This document shows, in pieces, positions 27,966-41,491 of a stretch of 64,000 bases of DNA. The stretch lies in assembly GCF_009834535.1 (NCBI RefSeq), contig NC_045696.1, positions 86,492,001 through 86,556,000 on the forward strand, in the 5' to 3' direction. Within the stretch, counting starts at the first letter, position 1; each line of letters starts with the position of its first letter. The position numbers and the translations under genes are program-made. The notes under the pieces are model-generated. The model was given only the letters and a program-made list of their open reading frames with translations, was not told the origin of the DNA and did not search any database. Source of the DNA: Camelus ferus. Taxonomy: Eukaryota.

Positions 27966-30749
27966 TATTCCACTGTACTGCTGTCCTCATGAACATGATT
28001 TTAATATTAAAGGAGAGTTCAGAAAGAGAAAAGTTACAATAATTGTATTGTTCATTACAAACCATACTTCAAAACACATAAACCATTCCACCTTCATTCT
28101 CTTCCTCCTTCAAGATTCTACCAAGACTCTCAAGGTAGTACTTCCCCTTGCCAGTAAAAATAATCTCTGTCTTTTCACATCAGCAGTTTATTTCAATGAT
28201 GTTTTGAAAAAGCCAGTACTCAGCAATCTTGGTGGTCCACCAAGCTCCAATGAGATTTTACACTGTCATGGCTCAAGATCCTCAAATTAGACACAGTGCT
28301 CTCCTCTAAGGCCCTTGAGATCCCTACTAGGACAAAATCTGGGAAATTATTAGAAAACAGTGTGAAGTAGTGATACCACCTATAATTAAAAATTACTCAT
28401 GTTAGAAGACATTTATGTTTATATTTGAAAATTTGTAAAATAGAGGTTGAGGATTTTTTTCTTTGTTAACATTTTATATTTTTCTTTTCTTTTGAAGATC
28501 TGAGGTAAAAATCAGGAATCAATCTCGGTGTGTGTTCTTGGAAGATAAAAGGAGGTTTAAAAAAATTAAAAGATGCCAACGTTACTTGATCCCTGCTTAC
28601 GTCTTCAAGCTAGTCCAAGAATAGAATTCTTCTGATTATCCACTGTTCTGAAGACAGTAAAGAATTCAGAAAGTCAGAGGTTGAGCCAGAAGCAAGCATT
28701 CTAAGTATGAATGGCTTTAGCTGACATATATGCCATAACACAGAGAGCAATGTTCAAGGGTTGTCAGTATGATCTGGTCTTTGTAATTACCAATCTCAGG
28801 TAGGTGATGGACATTAGAGAACTCTACAAATGAGCTGAAGGAAGAAGAGTAGAACAGCTGGGCATGGGGAATTTGCATGGTAGTATGTGGCATGGGGAGA
28901 GTGGTAAATGCCTGAAACAGCCCACCTCTCACCCTAATTGTTACATAGACTGCTTTTCTCTGTTGCTTCAGATGCTGTCAACATTTCATTTATTGTTAGT
29001 GTTTTAAATTGTGTTTTCTCTACTGTTACTGCTGATTTGATTGAAAATGTCTCTCTTCTTTTCTTAATTGAACCCCTCTCTCATTGAACCAAACTTTAAA
29101 CAGAAAGAACTTTGAAATGTGAAATGAAAAAATAGTTATCTAGGAACCAAAGTTAAATTTTGTATCTCTTTCTAAGTAACAAAATGAAAAATGAAGGAAC
29201 GGCATCATACAGGCCAAGACAAAAAAAAGCGGATCTCACTTTGCCATGGTAAAAATTGGTATAAAATTTGCCATAACTGATATAACACTTCAACAAATAT
29301 AGTAGCGTATTTCAGAAGTAATATAGTGTCATGCAGAACATAGATGACTATACTTCTGGAGTTACACTCGTGCGAATATCTTTACCCAAATTGGATGATG
29401 TATGAATAATCAAAAATCCAGAGGGTAGAGAAACAGCTATAAATTTTAGCAGAAATATGGTCCCTATTGTTGGCAACAAAGACATCCAGCTGAGATCTGA
29501 ATTAATTTATTAGTTAAGTGCTTTATGCTATGTTAAGTGATTGATAATTTGGAAAGTCTTTCCATTGATAAACCCAACCGGCACACAGGAGATGATTTCA
29601 AGAGATGATTAGAATGATTACAAAACACTAACTTCTACAGAGAGGGGAGGCTTTTTTAGTTGCATGAAATAGACACAACATTTCATTTTTTTTTTTAAGT
29701 AAAGAAATTTATAGAGTAGTGATGCATTCAAATATCAACAACATTTAATCCACCATGACTAACTAAGCTACAGTGGCTATAAATACATGAATATAAATCA
29801 ATGGGATGGGCACACATAATTTATAAACATTTAGTGAGATGTGACTAAGAACACAGGACTGCTTTTTTATGACACATGCCAAAACTCATCGATCCAAAAG
29901 GATGTTTTTCCTTGCCTGCAAACACTCACTCTAGGGGGATTATAAACTTAATTAATTTAAATTCTCTTTAAAATAAAAAGAAATGAGGGTTGAATATATA
30001 CATACCACTGTTTCTCTGAGCTTCATTTGACAAAACTGTTGTTACTCAATTAGATGTTAATAGGAATGTTCTATGCAATGCACTTTTAGAAATTAAACAG
30101 AGGTGGGATAGACCTTTCACTCAAAATTTGGTTCAGAAGTGATGCTGAAGATTTCACAATTGCACCAAGAAAATATGAAAAGTTTGCCGACACACATAAT
30201 GAGGCTTTCTATGGAGAGCTGGGCAGGTTCCCAAGCTGATCCAAAAAATGGTTTGAAAGAACAGGGAAAGATGACTAGTTTGGAATTTTATAGTAGTTTT
30301 GGGGTGAAACTGTGGTGAGGATTTCTGTGCAGGAGAGCCAGGGCTTTCATAATTTGGACCTCTTACTAGCACCAACGGAGAGTGCACCCAGGCATTCTTG
30401 GATGCGGGGCAGAGGAGAAAGGAGAAACTGTGGGGCTTGAAATCTGTCAGCCATCAAATATCAAATAGGGATCCAATCGTTTATTACATGTCCTCTGTTT
30501 AATTACAAAAATTCAGATATAAACATTGTCCAGTGCATCTACTGAAATTGTTATATGCAGTATCATTTAAGAATGACTATAATGAGAAATAGTTGCAGCT
30601 TTTCCCAAATACGTGAAGCCACATTTGTTTACTTCACATATTTAAAGCTCTATTGCAGCGTAGATGCAAAAAGAAAATTAAATGCAGTTTTCTCCTGATA
30701 GAGAACTTAAAACCCACAGGGAATAGGGGAAAAGATGATTTACTGTTAT

Positions 30750-30940
30750 TGAAGATACTGCTATTTCACAGAACTCTATAATTTTGGACAAGCCTCACAA
30801 CCTAAGCCTCAGTTTCCTATCTCCAGTAGCGAAATAGTATCTTCCCAGCACTTATTTCTTTTATTATTTTGAGCTTCAAATATATATGTGAATCTGTTTT
30901 AAAAACATAATGTGTTATATATATATATAAAATATTACTT
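30750..30940 (+). mobile_element. MIR fragment
   Basis: TTGGACAAGCCTCACAACCTAAGCCTCAGTTTCCTATCT. Confidence 0.65.
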
Positions 30941-32639
30941 TTGTATAATTTTAAAATATGTATAGATTTGTTAAATTTTCATAAATTAATTTTGTCTTCA
31001 AAAAATTTGGTAGAACTAAGATCAAAACCAAAGAAGAATTTGTTCACTTTGCAATCCCTCTATCTTTATTTTGTTTACCTTAAAAGTAGCCAGAAGAGAA
31101 TATGTCTAAAAATATAATAATCAGAAATATATACCTAGACATTCAGTCTATTGGAACAAGAAGTACAATTGAAGCCTACAGTCACAGGCAAGTTCTCTTT
31201 AGTTGTTCTGTTCTAGTGTTCCAAGGAAACAAGCACGTGTCAAAAGCTAGTACACCTTTATACATGAAGCAACACTTAAGACTGCCAATAACTGTTAGGC
31301 ATCATAGGCAATTCTTGATCAGTTATTTTAACACTCAACAAGGAGAGAGTCTTATAACTTGAAAGAATAGGAAAACTGTATCTACTAAACTCCAGTTGAA
31401 TAATTATTATTTCAATATGCTTTAAAAGATATAAATAAGTACTGTGCAAAAGAGGCATACTCTCTGGAAAGAGACTCTCCAAAACGTTCTACTTACTATC
31501 CAGATGTTGCTGTTTGTATAAGTTACATACTAGTAAAAGTAACCTTTCATAAAACTGCAACATTCATATTCTAATGAGCCTGCTTTCATTTGTTCAACTT
31601 TGTCCATATGCTTAAGGAAAAAAATGTCTTTTTTCTGAATTAGTGTTCTATCTGTGAAACTATAAAAGATACATTACAATAACTGCCAACGGGTGTTAAA
31701 TAATACACTGTTTCAAAGCTAAAAGACAAATTGCTTATTTGGAAGTGTCATGCTTAAAAAGAATGGTTTTAGATATTTTAAAGGTTATGAAGCTTGAGGA
31801 GGATCTGTTGTAACATGCTATCTTGTGAAATCATTTATTTTCAAAACCACTTGTTCTTAAATAAAATTTTGAATAATTATTATGTGAAAAGCTTACATTA
31901 TTATTATATGAATTTTCTTGCAGTACATGGTTATGATACACAATGAATGCTACTGCAAATATGCTATGCTCATAAACATTCAGTGAAAATATGTACACAA
32001 TGGTTTAAATTACTAGTATAAGTGGTATTCAAATATCTATATTATTAATACACTTATAGTCAGTATATATGCTTAAAGCAACTGAATTACTGTTGCTAAG
32101 CATTTTTCCCTATTTTTGAAATTGATCTTCTTTGCAAAGAAGAAATGTGAAGCTCACTTGGAGAAAATCTATGCCTTAGGGGCATTTTATAATGAATGAC
32201 TTGGCTTTTTTCAGTGAAAGTGCTTGTAATATTTTGAGAAATAGACATACAGTAGGATTGTTACCAGCAGTTTGCTTTGTTGTAATTTCTGAAAAGCAGC
32301 TTCCTGTGTTTCAGAGAATGATTGATTTTTTAAAATAGTACTTTCTTAGCTATAGGACTTAATATATATCATTTTTCATATTGCTTTTAAAAACATGAAG
32401 TTATATTACATAGTTGTATTTTTCACTTTAGTTCAATAATTTTAAAAAATTAAGAGAAAATAAAGTATTGATGATGAATATCTTTAACATAGATTAACAA
32501 AAATATCAAGCCGAGTATTCTCAATTATAATGTTCCATAAAAAAGGTAAATAACCATACATAAATCTGTATCATAATTACATAAGTTTGGCATTATCACG
32601 ACATAAGAGGATTTTGAATTTAGTACATTTAAAACACTA

Positions 32640-32785
32640 GCGGAGGGAGGGTATAGTCCAGTGGGAGAATGCATGCCTAGCATGCATGAAGTCCTGGGTT
32701 CAATCCCAGTACCTCCATTAAAATAAAATCAATCAATCAATCAACCTATTACCTCCCCTCAAAACAAAAACCCCCAAACAAAAAC
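32640..32785 (+). mobile_element. tRNA-derived SINE, camelid-type, near full length
   Basis: A-box/B-box head GGAGGGTATAGTCCAGTGG...CCTGGGTTCAATCCCAGTACCTCCA with an A-rich tail. TSD AAAACACTA (32631-32639 / 32786-32794) at a TT/AAAA site. Confidence 0.9.
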
Positions 32786-34424
32786 AAAACACTAAAGAAT
32801 ATTATCATATTGAATTGTGGAGAATATTTTTAAAGGAAAAATGTTAAGAATAATTTAATTGAAGTCAATTGAACTAGAAGTTCAAATTATTTTTTGCATT
32901 GTGTTTAATATTGTTTTAAAAATGTCTTATATATAGATAATAACATTTTTTCTGGCATTTCCAAGAGAGAAATTAAGTTGCATCTATGTATACATTATTT
33001 ATTATTAAAAATATAGAAAGCTACACAAAATTAAGGGAAAAGTCAGGATGAAAATCCAGATGGATTGTATATTAAACAAAAATATTGTTCTGATCTTTAA
33101 GGCAAACAGATTATCATCTACAGGTCTATAGAGATCATTTTGCCATTTCTTATTCATATCCGTATCATTCTGCAAATATTTATGAATATTTCTCTGACAA
33201 TCTCTGTCAGTTACTGCAAAACAAAGATTTGATTGATGATTCTTGCCATTGCTGCCTCATTATTATTATTATTTTTTGGTCCTACCATTCTTTTTTTTTT
33301 TTTTTCCTTTTCCATTTCTCATTTATTTTCCAATCTTTTAGTATTTGTTCAACAGGTAAATCTTCATTTTCATTGTTTTCATCAAGCCATATACCAAAAA
33401 TACAAGGATTAGAGCTGAAAACTATTTACAAAAGAAACATTAGTTTAATTAGTAAAATACATGTCCATAAAAATCACAACTCAGAGAATTAAAGCAATTC
33501 CCTCATTGTCATTTCTCTTTTCCTAAGGACTCCTATTTCCTTTAATTACAGTTAATAATCTTATTTAACTAACTTTCTATGCTAGGCTTCATCTATGTTA
33601 GGGTTCTAAGAGGAATTCATATTATTTGTTCCTTCCTCATTGCTATCTTTCTCCTATTTCATGCTTTCTGTAGGATTACAGAAGTTTCTGTTTTGTTCAA
33701 GTTATCCTATCATGAATTGAGATGTTCTCATTTATAATGTTCTTCTGTAATTTTTAATAGATAAAAGCGCCAAACTTTTTGGTAACATTTCCATTAGCCA
33801 TTCCATTACTTCAGTGCCTACTCTAGAGTTAGCCTTAATTTGATGGCATATAATTCTATATTATGCAGTTTTGTGAAACAACTGACAGAAAACAGTATAA
33901 AAATTCAGAAATCATAATATTTCAATTCTCTATATTTATGGTCCTCAATATATACTGTAATATTTTACATACATTAAATAAATGTTTTATCCACCTTGCC
34001 ACATTTAACTTTCATGTTCTTAGTTTTAAAAACATGTTAATTATGTAGTATTATTTAATGATATATTATTGTTCCCATTCTACACATGAAAAATATAAGC
34101 TTCAAAATACTTTTAAAATATATCTCAAAAACAGGAAATAACAATTGATGTCCCTCATATAATTCACCATGCTTTCCATGATGCATTGTGAATATGAATC
34201 GTTCAGAAAACGTAAGTTAGTTATTTGTGATACTTTAAGATATTTGATATCTTATTTTTATAAACATTTCCTGCAAAATAAAAGCTCTAACCTTTGTTTG
34301 ATTAGTTTCACTGACCCTTATTTACTACCTGTAAATTTTCCACACTAAGAAGGTCAGTATATAAATTAACAGCCTAAAAGAACAAAATTCAACTCTCTTT
34401 AAAATTAGACAACATGAGGTTGTT

Positions 34425-34804
34425 TTAGGAAAGATGGTGGAGCAGGAAGTGCTTCCTCACCTAGACAAAAACTGAGCTAGTAGAATCTGTCTGATATAAT
34501 TATTTTGGAACTCTGGAGTCTATCCAAGGTTTGTAACTTCCAGAGAAAGACTTGGATAGTAAATTCCTGGGGTTTTTTTTTTTTTTTTGGCCTTTTTTTT
34601 TTTTTAATGATGTTCTAATATATATTTATTGAAATACTGTCAGTTTACAATGTTGTGTCAATTACTAGTGTACAGCACAATGCTTCAGTCATATAGGAAC
34701 ATACAGACATTCGTTTTCATATTCTTCACCATAAGTTACTACAAGATATTGAATATAGTTCCCTGTGCTATACAGTATAAACTTGTTGTTTATTTTACAT
34801 ACAT

Positions 34805-34873
<69 letters not shown>

Positions 34874-35935
34874 TATCTGCAAATCTCAAACTCCCAATTT
34901 AATTTCAGTTGATTTCCGCTTTTAGCATAGTTGCAGCTACCTATTCCCCACCCCCAGCCCAGTGGCAGATAGTTGTTCATCTATTCCTGGAGCAGCCAGC
35001 ACACAGCTTGAGGGAACCAGGGTAAGCAAAAAGGACTCCGTCCTTCAAATATCAGGGATCTGTGCACTGATCACAGAGGTGCAGCCAAAGAGGCTGGTGC
35101 CCAATGTTCTTGCATCTCCTCCCTCCCATGTTGAATGCCCTTCCACTTCTGGCTAAAATCACTTCCAGAGGACTTAAAGGGCCAGCACTCTTCCTCTCCT
35201 TCTCTATTTTTCTCCTTTTCTCCTTTTGGGAGCCAGACATTAAAGACTGGATATTTAAAAACAACTGCATATATGGGGAAGATTAGAAAGTACTATGATG
35301 CCCAGGGAAAACTCAGAAAAGACCTGAGAAGACCTTAAGTTTATACCTCAGGTTGATCCTTGGCACACAGACAGCATACAAGAATCAAAAAGAACCAAAA
35401 ACAATAATAAAAAGGAGTACACACTGGGGAAGGCAGAGAATCTAATTTCCAGAGTCACCACATTAATAGATTCAAATGTCTGTTTTTTAACAATGACAAA
35501 AAAAAGAAAAAAACCCACAAAGAAATAAGAAAAAAAGAAAACCAGAAAGAAACAGGAAAGTGGGGCTATTCAAAGGAAAAAAGAAATCAACAGAAATTGG
35601 CCCTGAAAAAGATCTGATGGCAGATTTACTAGACAAACACTTTAGAACAACTGTCTTAAAGATGCTCAAAGAACTAAAAGAAGATATATAGAAAGTCAAG
35701 AAAATAATGTATGAACAGTAGAAATATCAAAAAAGAGTTAGAAAACCTAAAAAGAAGCCAAAAAAAAAATTCTGGAGCTGAAACATAATAAATGAAATGA
35801 AATTTCTCTAGAAGGATTCAATGGCAGAAGAAAGAATCACTAAACTTGAAGACAGGACAATGGAGAATTGTTAAGTCTGAAGAACAGAAAGAAAAAAGAC
35901 TGAAGAAAAGCAAAAAGAGCTTAAGGGGCCTGTGA
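34425..35935 (+). mobile_element. Older L1 5'UTR and decayed ORF1 N-terminal half
   Basis: Starts GGAAAGATGGTGGAGCAGGAAG. ORF1-like AGATTTACTAGACAAACACTTT...AAATTCTGGAGCTGAAA...AACTTGAAGACAGGACAATGGA. Confidence 0.8.
34575..34900 (-). mobile_element. Short young L1 3' end with expanded (CA)n(TA)n, inserted in the older L1 5'UTR
   Basis: Reverse complement of the same 3'UTR type as 12990-13707; poly-T at left; microsatellite at 34797-34870. Confidence 0.88.
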
Positions 35936-35939
35936 AACC

Positions 35940-36330
35940 CTAGTCACTCAGCTCTTGAACTCTCAAAAAGAAGAGCTGTCCACTCATTAGCTATTGCTGT
36001 CTCTCTGTAGCCTCAGTCTCACTGTGTGGTCCTTGTGCACATGATGTATCTTCCAAGATCTGTGAGTAATAAACCTGTGAGTAATAAACCGAAGTTCCTT
36101 AATGGTTGTTGCTGGGGTGTGCCTTGCAATCAAAATAAGTACCACAAAGGCTGGTTTGTCCACAAAGTTGGCTCTGGCCAGGGAAATATCTGTGGGGGCT
36201 CACCACAATTAACTTGGGCCCAGGTGAACACTTCAGTCATCCATCCATTACTATGAATGGGATGAGACCAACACAAAACCTGGGGTTTGCCCAGCACAGA
36301 TATGCTTGTTTCCTCAGACCCTAGCATGAG
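35940..36330 (+). mobile_element. ERV LTR 3' half plus adjoining internal sequence (MER21/MER68-like, tentative)
   Basis: R/U5-like CTGTGAGTAATAAAC (duplicated in tandem at 36060-36089) followed by GC-richer leader-like sequence. Confidence 0.45.
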
Positions 36331-36339
36331 ATAAAGTTT

Positions 36340-37110
36340 GGGAAATGAAAATTAATTGCTGTAATGTAAGTCGATGTTACAAATTACACGTGAACTGATA
36401 CATAAATTTAACATGGACTGTGGTAAGTTAAGGCAGTATATTGTAAACTTGAGAGTAACTACTAACGAAGAAAAAACTATAATTAGTAACTCAATTGAAA
36501 AGGCAAAATGGAAAATCAAGAACTACTCAACTAATCCAAAGTAGGGAATGAAGAAATAAGGGATACATAAGAGATCAGATAAATAGAAAAATCGAAAGTT
36601 GATATATTTAAACTCAACCATGTTATTACTTTATTAATCACTGTTACCAAATGTAAATTGATAAACCAGTTAAAATGTAGAGATTTTCATAGTGGATATA
36701 AAAGCAAAACAGCTATATTTTTGTATACAAGTTGGTTGATAATGTTTGTTTTCTATATTATTCCTTTTTTGACTACTTTTTCAACTAATTTCTGAGAAAG
36801 GAATGATGAAAACACCACTTACATTTTTAGGTTTGTCTTATTTTACTTTTGCTTCATTTATTTTTAATATGTTCATAAGTGTGTACATAAGTAAATGCAC
36901 ACATAATTGTTTCTTCTTGATGAATGCACTTTAAAAAAAGTTATGTCTCTCTTTGTTATTGTAATATTTTTCCCCAAATATTACTTTGTGTAATATTAAT
37001 AGAGCCACTTCAAGTTTTTTATTGTGACCATTTAGTAGTTGCATTTTTCCATCTTTCTATTTATTCACCTATCTGCTTCTTTGTAAGTTTGTTAAAATTT
37101 GTTTCATTGA
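36340..37110. mobile_element. Old L1M inter-ORF / ORF2 5' fragment with internal inversion
   Basis: Sense L1 up to ...TGTATACAAG (~36730), then the downstream endonuclease region in antisense. Confidence 0.55.
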
Positions 37111-37441
37111 TGAACTCTACTATTTTACTTACAGTTTTATTTTACTATATTCTTTAACTTTTTGCTAAATTTTCAATCTTTTTTTCCCCAGTAAAAACAT
37201 TAGTGGAATTTACTGTGTTATTTTAAATTTATATTTCAATGTCTTCAACAAAAAGAAATGTTACAAATAATGAAACTATAAACTGATATTCCATAGAGAA
37301 TGTATGAATTTCTTTAAAAAGAAAAATATACAAACAGTAAATTATAGGAAAGGAATAATAATCTTATTAGAATTATAATACACAAGTTAAATAATAGTGA
37401 GATGATATTTTCTTCTTATCTGACTTTAAAGAATAAATATC

Positions 37442-37594
37442 AAGAGTGCATGCTTAGCATGTGCAAGGTCCTGGGTTCAGTCTCCAGTACCTCCATTTAA
37501 ATAAATAAATAAATAAATAAATAAATGTAATTACTTCCCCCTCAAAATTTAAAATAAATAAGTAAATTAATTAATTAAATTATTAAAAATGAAT
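37442..37594 (+). mobile_element. Same SINE family, 5'-truncated
   Basis: AGAGTGCATGCTTAGCATGTGCAAGGTCCTGGGTTCAGTCTCCAGTACCTCCA followed by (TAAA)n. TSD AATAAATATC (37432-37441 / 37595-37604). Confidence 0.88.
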
Positions 37595-39619
37595 AATAAA
37601 TATCTCGTGAGAATAGTACTCCTAGAAAATGAGCTATCTTTTATACATCTGGCTCTATTGAACCACAATTCTAGAGCATTAATTGACATATATAACAAAA
37701 TATATAAAAGGGAACATGTACTTTATATCAATCATATCCACCTCATGAATCTAAAAAAAAAATAAGAAGGCTGTGAGCAAAGGCTGAACCAAAATAAGTT
37801 CATTATGGATTGTTTATTAATATGCATGTGGACACAAACTAAATGACCAGCATCAGAAAACATTTGACCAACGTGGGGAAGATCATAAAATGGTGTGTTT
37901 ATAATCTTCAAAGTATTATTGTATTAGTATAATTCTGAAACAAAGTAATTTAAAATCATCACTATGAAAGTGGGATAGTAATGCTCTGTAACAGTTTATC
38001 CAGGTGATTCTAATTTTAGGAATACATTTAATAAATATGGCCAGAAATAAAATGCAGGTTAAAATTAAAATATTAACGGAGGATTCTGTTGTTATTGGGG
38101 TTAAAATTCTTGTTAATTTTCACTCAGTTGCTCATTAGTGTTTCCTACTTCTTTCTACATAAACAATAGGTATTTGCTTAACAAATGCAACCATTCAAAA
38201 TTGTTTTAAAATAATTAACAGAACATAATATTTGCAACTCAAAGTACAACTCATATTTACTATATGAGTAGTAAATAGCTTCACTGTTTCATTTAAATCA
38301 GCTATAGCATACACAAAAGGCAGAAATTAAAAGTTACAGAGAAACCTTAAAACTATTTCAAATGAAATACAAGTTCATTTCCAATCTTTCTAGATGTAAC
38401 AAACAGTTTCTTGTGAATATCTTAACAATGTTCTTCTATTTATTTTTATAAGTCAGTGACCTAAATATGTTGGTATAATTTTTGAGCTTCTAATACTGAT
38501 AATTTATGAAACCATTATAAGGTTTCATAAACTTCTTGATATGAGCTCAAAAACATTGTAGCTTAGTTCAGTCTTTATTACCTTTTGTACAGAGAATCTT
38601 CCTAAGGGTTATATGAAAGTATTTAAGGAATACAAACATTTGTTAGAAAACAGTGTTTCTATATCTTTAAATTTTTGTAAGGATTATGAGTACCATGGTT
38701 GTGAACACTGAATTTAACTTGGAGAGACAGAGTTAACAGAAAGTTTCTTACATGACATTGACCATGATAGCATATGTTAAGTCAAACTCTGGGATATTTA
38801 GAAATAGACATTATGTGACCAATATTCTTTAGATAACTGATTCTTGCATATTAAGGTGTCATACATTTCTGCCATAAATTTTTAAAAAGCTATGAATATA
38901 CATATAAGAATTCATGTTAAAAATCAAAGAATTTGAAAAGACAAATAAAAATAATTCTCACATAAGATTTTCATTATAATGCCTCCTCCACTTCTCTATC
39001 CCCCTAAATACACAAAGATTAAACATCCTTTTATACCTGGTTTATCTGCAATAAACATTGATGAATCTCAATTTATGTGTGTTTGAGTAAAAGATAATAT
39101 ATCTTCACTCAGTTAATGCAATGCATGTTATATGTAATTTACTCTGATAATTATAAAGAAAAATTATGTATACAAATTTTTGTAAATATTAATCATGGTG
39201 TACAAAGCAGATTTGCCTGCTGTCCTTATGTAAACAATACAAGTAAAAGAAACATTTATAGTCCTAAAATATAAATTTGATATAGGCATGTTACAAACAA
39301 AGCCTATTAATATTAGCAAACCACAAACTGATGGCTTGTTCCTATACTTCCAGTTTTGAGAAAGCATGATGGCACCTATAAGTCAGGTATACTTTTATTA
39401 GGCTTAGATTTGGTATGATTAATTGACAGGGTATAGTTTTAGTCCAATGTTCAATTAGTTATGTGCTTTTTACAAAATCATTTAAAGTTTGGCTGTTTCG
39501 CTTTCTTATTCCCTAAAGTGAATGGGATAAGACAATGCTGGCTAAAACTCCTTTCAGCTATAAAACTTTATTATTCTAAGGGTAGTTTTGAAAAATTGCA
39601 CCACATATTGTACTATTGG

Positions 39620-40175
39620 TGGCAGTCAGGATTCAATTACTAAAGAAGATGCACAGAACCCAAAACGACAATCCACACAAATCTACAGATTGTTGCAGAA
39701 AAAGGATATAATATAGCAGAAGCATTTAAAGCATTTTAAGGATATGCTTATTAAGTCCGGGTCTGCCACACAGAATGGGTCCAGAGAGGCCACCAGCTTA
39801 ATATGTCATTCCTCTAAGAGTTTTACAAGGCTGAGCTTTTTTCTCTCTAATCAGGAACCATCAACTTATACGCAAAACATGCTGGAACCAGAGAATCCAA
39901 AGTGAAGACTTGGCCAGGGTTTCTTATACCTTCCTTATCATGTGGGCATATTTTTGCTATACAGTCAATCCCTTCAGAGGTCTCACTAAAAACGTGTAAA
40001 TCATCAATCTTACTGTTATTCATAAAATAAAAAACAGCCCTAAAATTCCTTGGGCACATTAAATTTCATGACTTGAAATTTCATGACTTAGTCCTCTGAG
40101 GGTGCACTTCTTATTTCAGTAAAACAGGTTAGGTCAATTTCAAACCTGTTGCAGTGAACTCTCACATGACACATA
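39620..40175 (-). mobile_element. ERV LTR, MER21/MER77-like
   Basis: GATTGTTGCAGAAAAAGGATATAATATAGCA...GTCCAGAGAGGCCACCAGC...GGCCAGGGTTTCTTATA...TCATGTGGGCATA. Confidence 0.55.
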
Positions 40176-40235
40176 GAATCATTGTACACAATAACACTAA
40201 AAATGAAAGAGTAGAACATTAAAAACAATCATTTT

Positions 40236-40540
40236 CATGATATTGCTTATATGTGGAATCTAAAAAAAAGGACACAAGTTAACTTATCTACAAAACAGAA
40301 ATAGACTCACAGGTACAGAGAACAAACTCATGGTTAGGGGTTAAAGGGACTGGGAAGGGATAAATTGGGAATTCGAAATTTTCACCTCTTGAGGAGTGAT
40401 GGAAATGTTAGCTATCTTGATTGTGGTGGTGGTTTCCTGGGTGTATACATCTATCAAAATTCATCAAAATGTACATCTGAAATATGTGTAGTTTACTGTA
40501 CAGGAACCATATCACAATAAAGGTGTTTTAAAAAAAAGAA
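40236..40540 (+). mobile_element. L1 3' end with a chimeric terminus
   Basis: Matches the 13350-13500 3'UTR up to GGGATAAATTGGGAATTCGAAATT, then switches to GAGTGATGGAAATGTTAGCTATCTTGATTGTGGTGG...CAATAAAG and an A tail. Confidence 0.8.
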
Positions 40541-41181
40541 AAGTTAAAAGTGTTTGGAAAATATTCAGGATATAATTATAACTCAATTAAATTTAGTTTT
40601 ATTATATTTTCTGTGTCATATAGAACATTTATTTCTGAACCAATGTTAACATTTCAAGAGTTATTTATATTTCTGTTTATATTTTGAAAAAGTAACTTGT
40701 TTTGAATACATGTATTTTGTTGATATTTTAAAAAACATTAATCAAAACTGTCACAATTGTGTGTACAGCAAAGTCAACAGGAGGAAAATAAAGTTATAGT
40801 TTATTTATTAGCATAAAGTTATGCTAATACTACACATAATTTAAAATTTATTATAACAGTTTAATAAATAATAAAAATTTTTAAAACTATTCTGGCAGAA
40901 AATTAAAAGGGTTTTTTTAATCCATACTATCACACATATTATTGTAACCAATTTATTCAGACTGTGAGTGAGAGAACAAAGTCTTTTTTGATTAATGCTG
41001 TGATGACAAAACATCAACAACAAAACAAGTAGTTGAACCCTGAAAAACAACAAAAATCAATATTTACTTTGACCCCAAAATTAGAGTTACAAATGTTATG
41101 TCCTTTTCCTTACCAGGAAACTGTATCTGTCTATGGAGATACATGGATTTAATGATAAAGAATCAAGATAGTATTTTATAA

Positions 41182-41491
41182 GTGATATCATATGGTATAT
41201 ATGGAAACTGAAAAGAGGACACAAATAAACTTACTAAAAAACAGAGACAGACTCACAGACATAGAAAACAAACTTGTGGTTACTAGGAAAGGGGATGGGG
41301 AGGGATAAATTGGGAGTTCAGGATTTGCAGATACTAACTACTAAAAATAAAATAGATAAATAACAAGTTTATACTGCATAGCACAGAGAACTATATTCCT
41401 TTATCCTGTAATAGCCTATATGTATAACTGAATCACCATGCTGTACACCTGAAATTAACACATTATAAATCAACTATACCTAAGTAAAAAC
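41182..41491 (+). mobile_element. Short young L1 3' end
   Basis: Same 3'UTR family. TSD TAGTATTTTATAA (41169-41181) / TAGCATTTTATAA (41492-41504). Confidence 0.9.

Noticed and set aside
32640..32720. tRNA-like sequence
   Set aside because: It is a SINE head with an A-rich tail and TSD, not a tRNA gene.
34629..34980. ORFs rich in YIYI/CVCV
   Set aside because: Translation of the (TA)n/(CA)n microsatellite.
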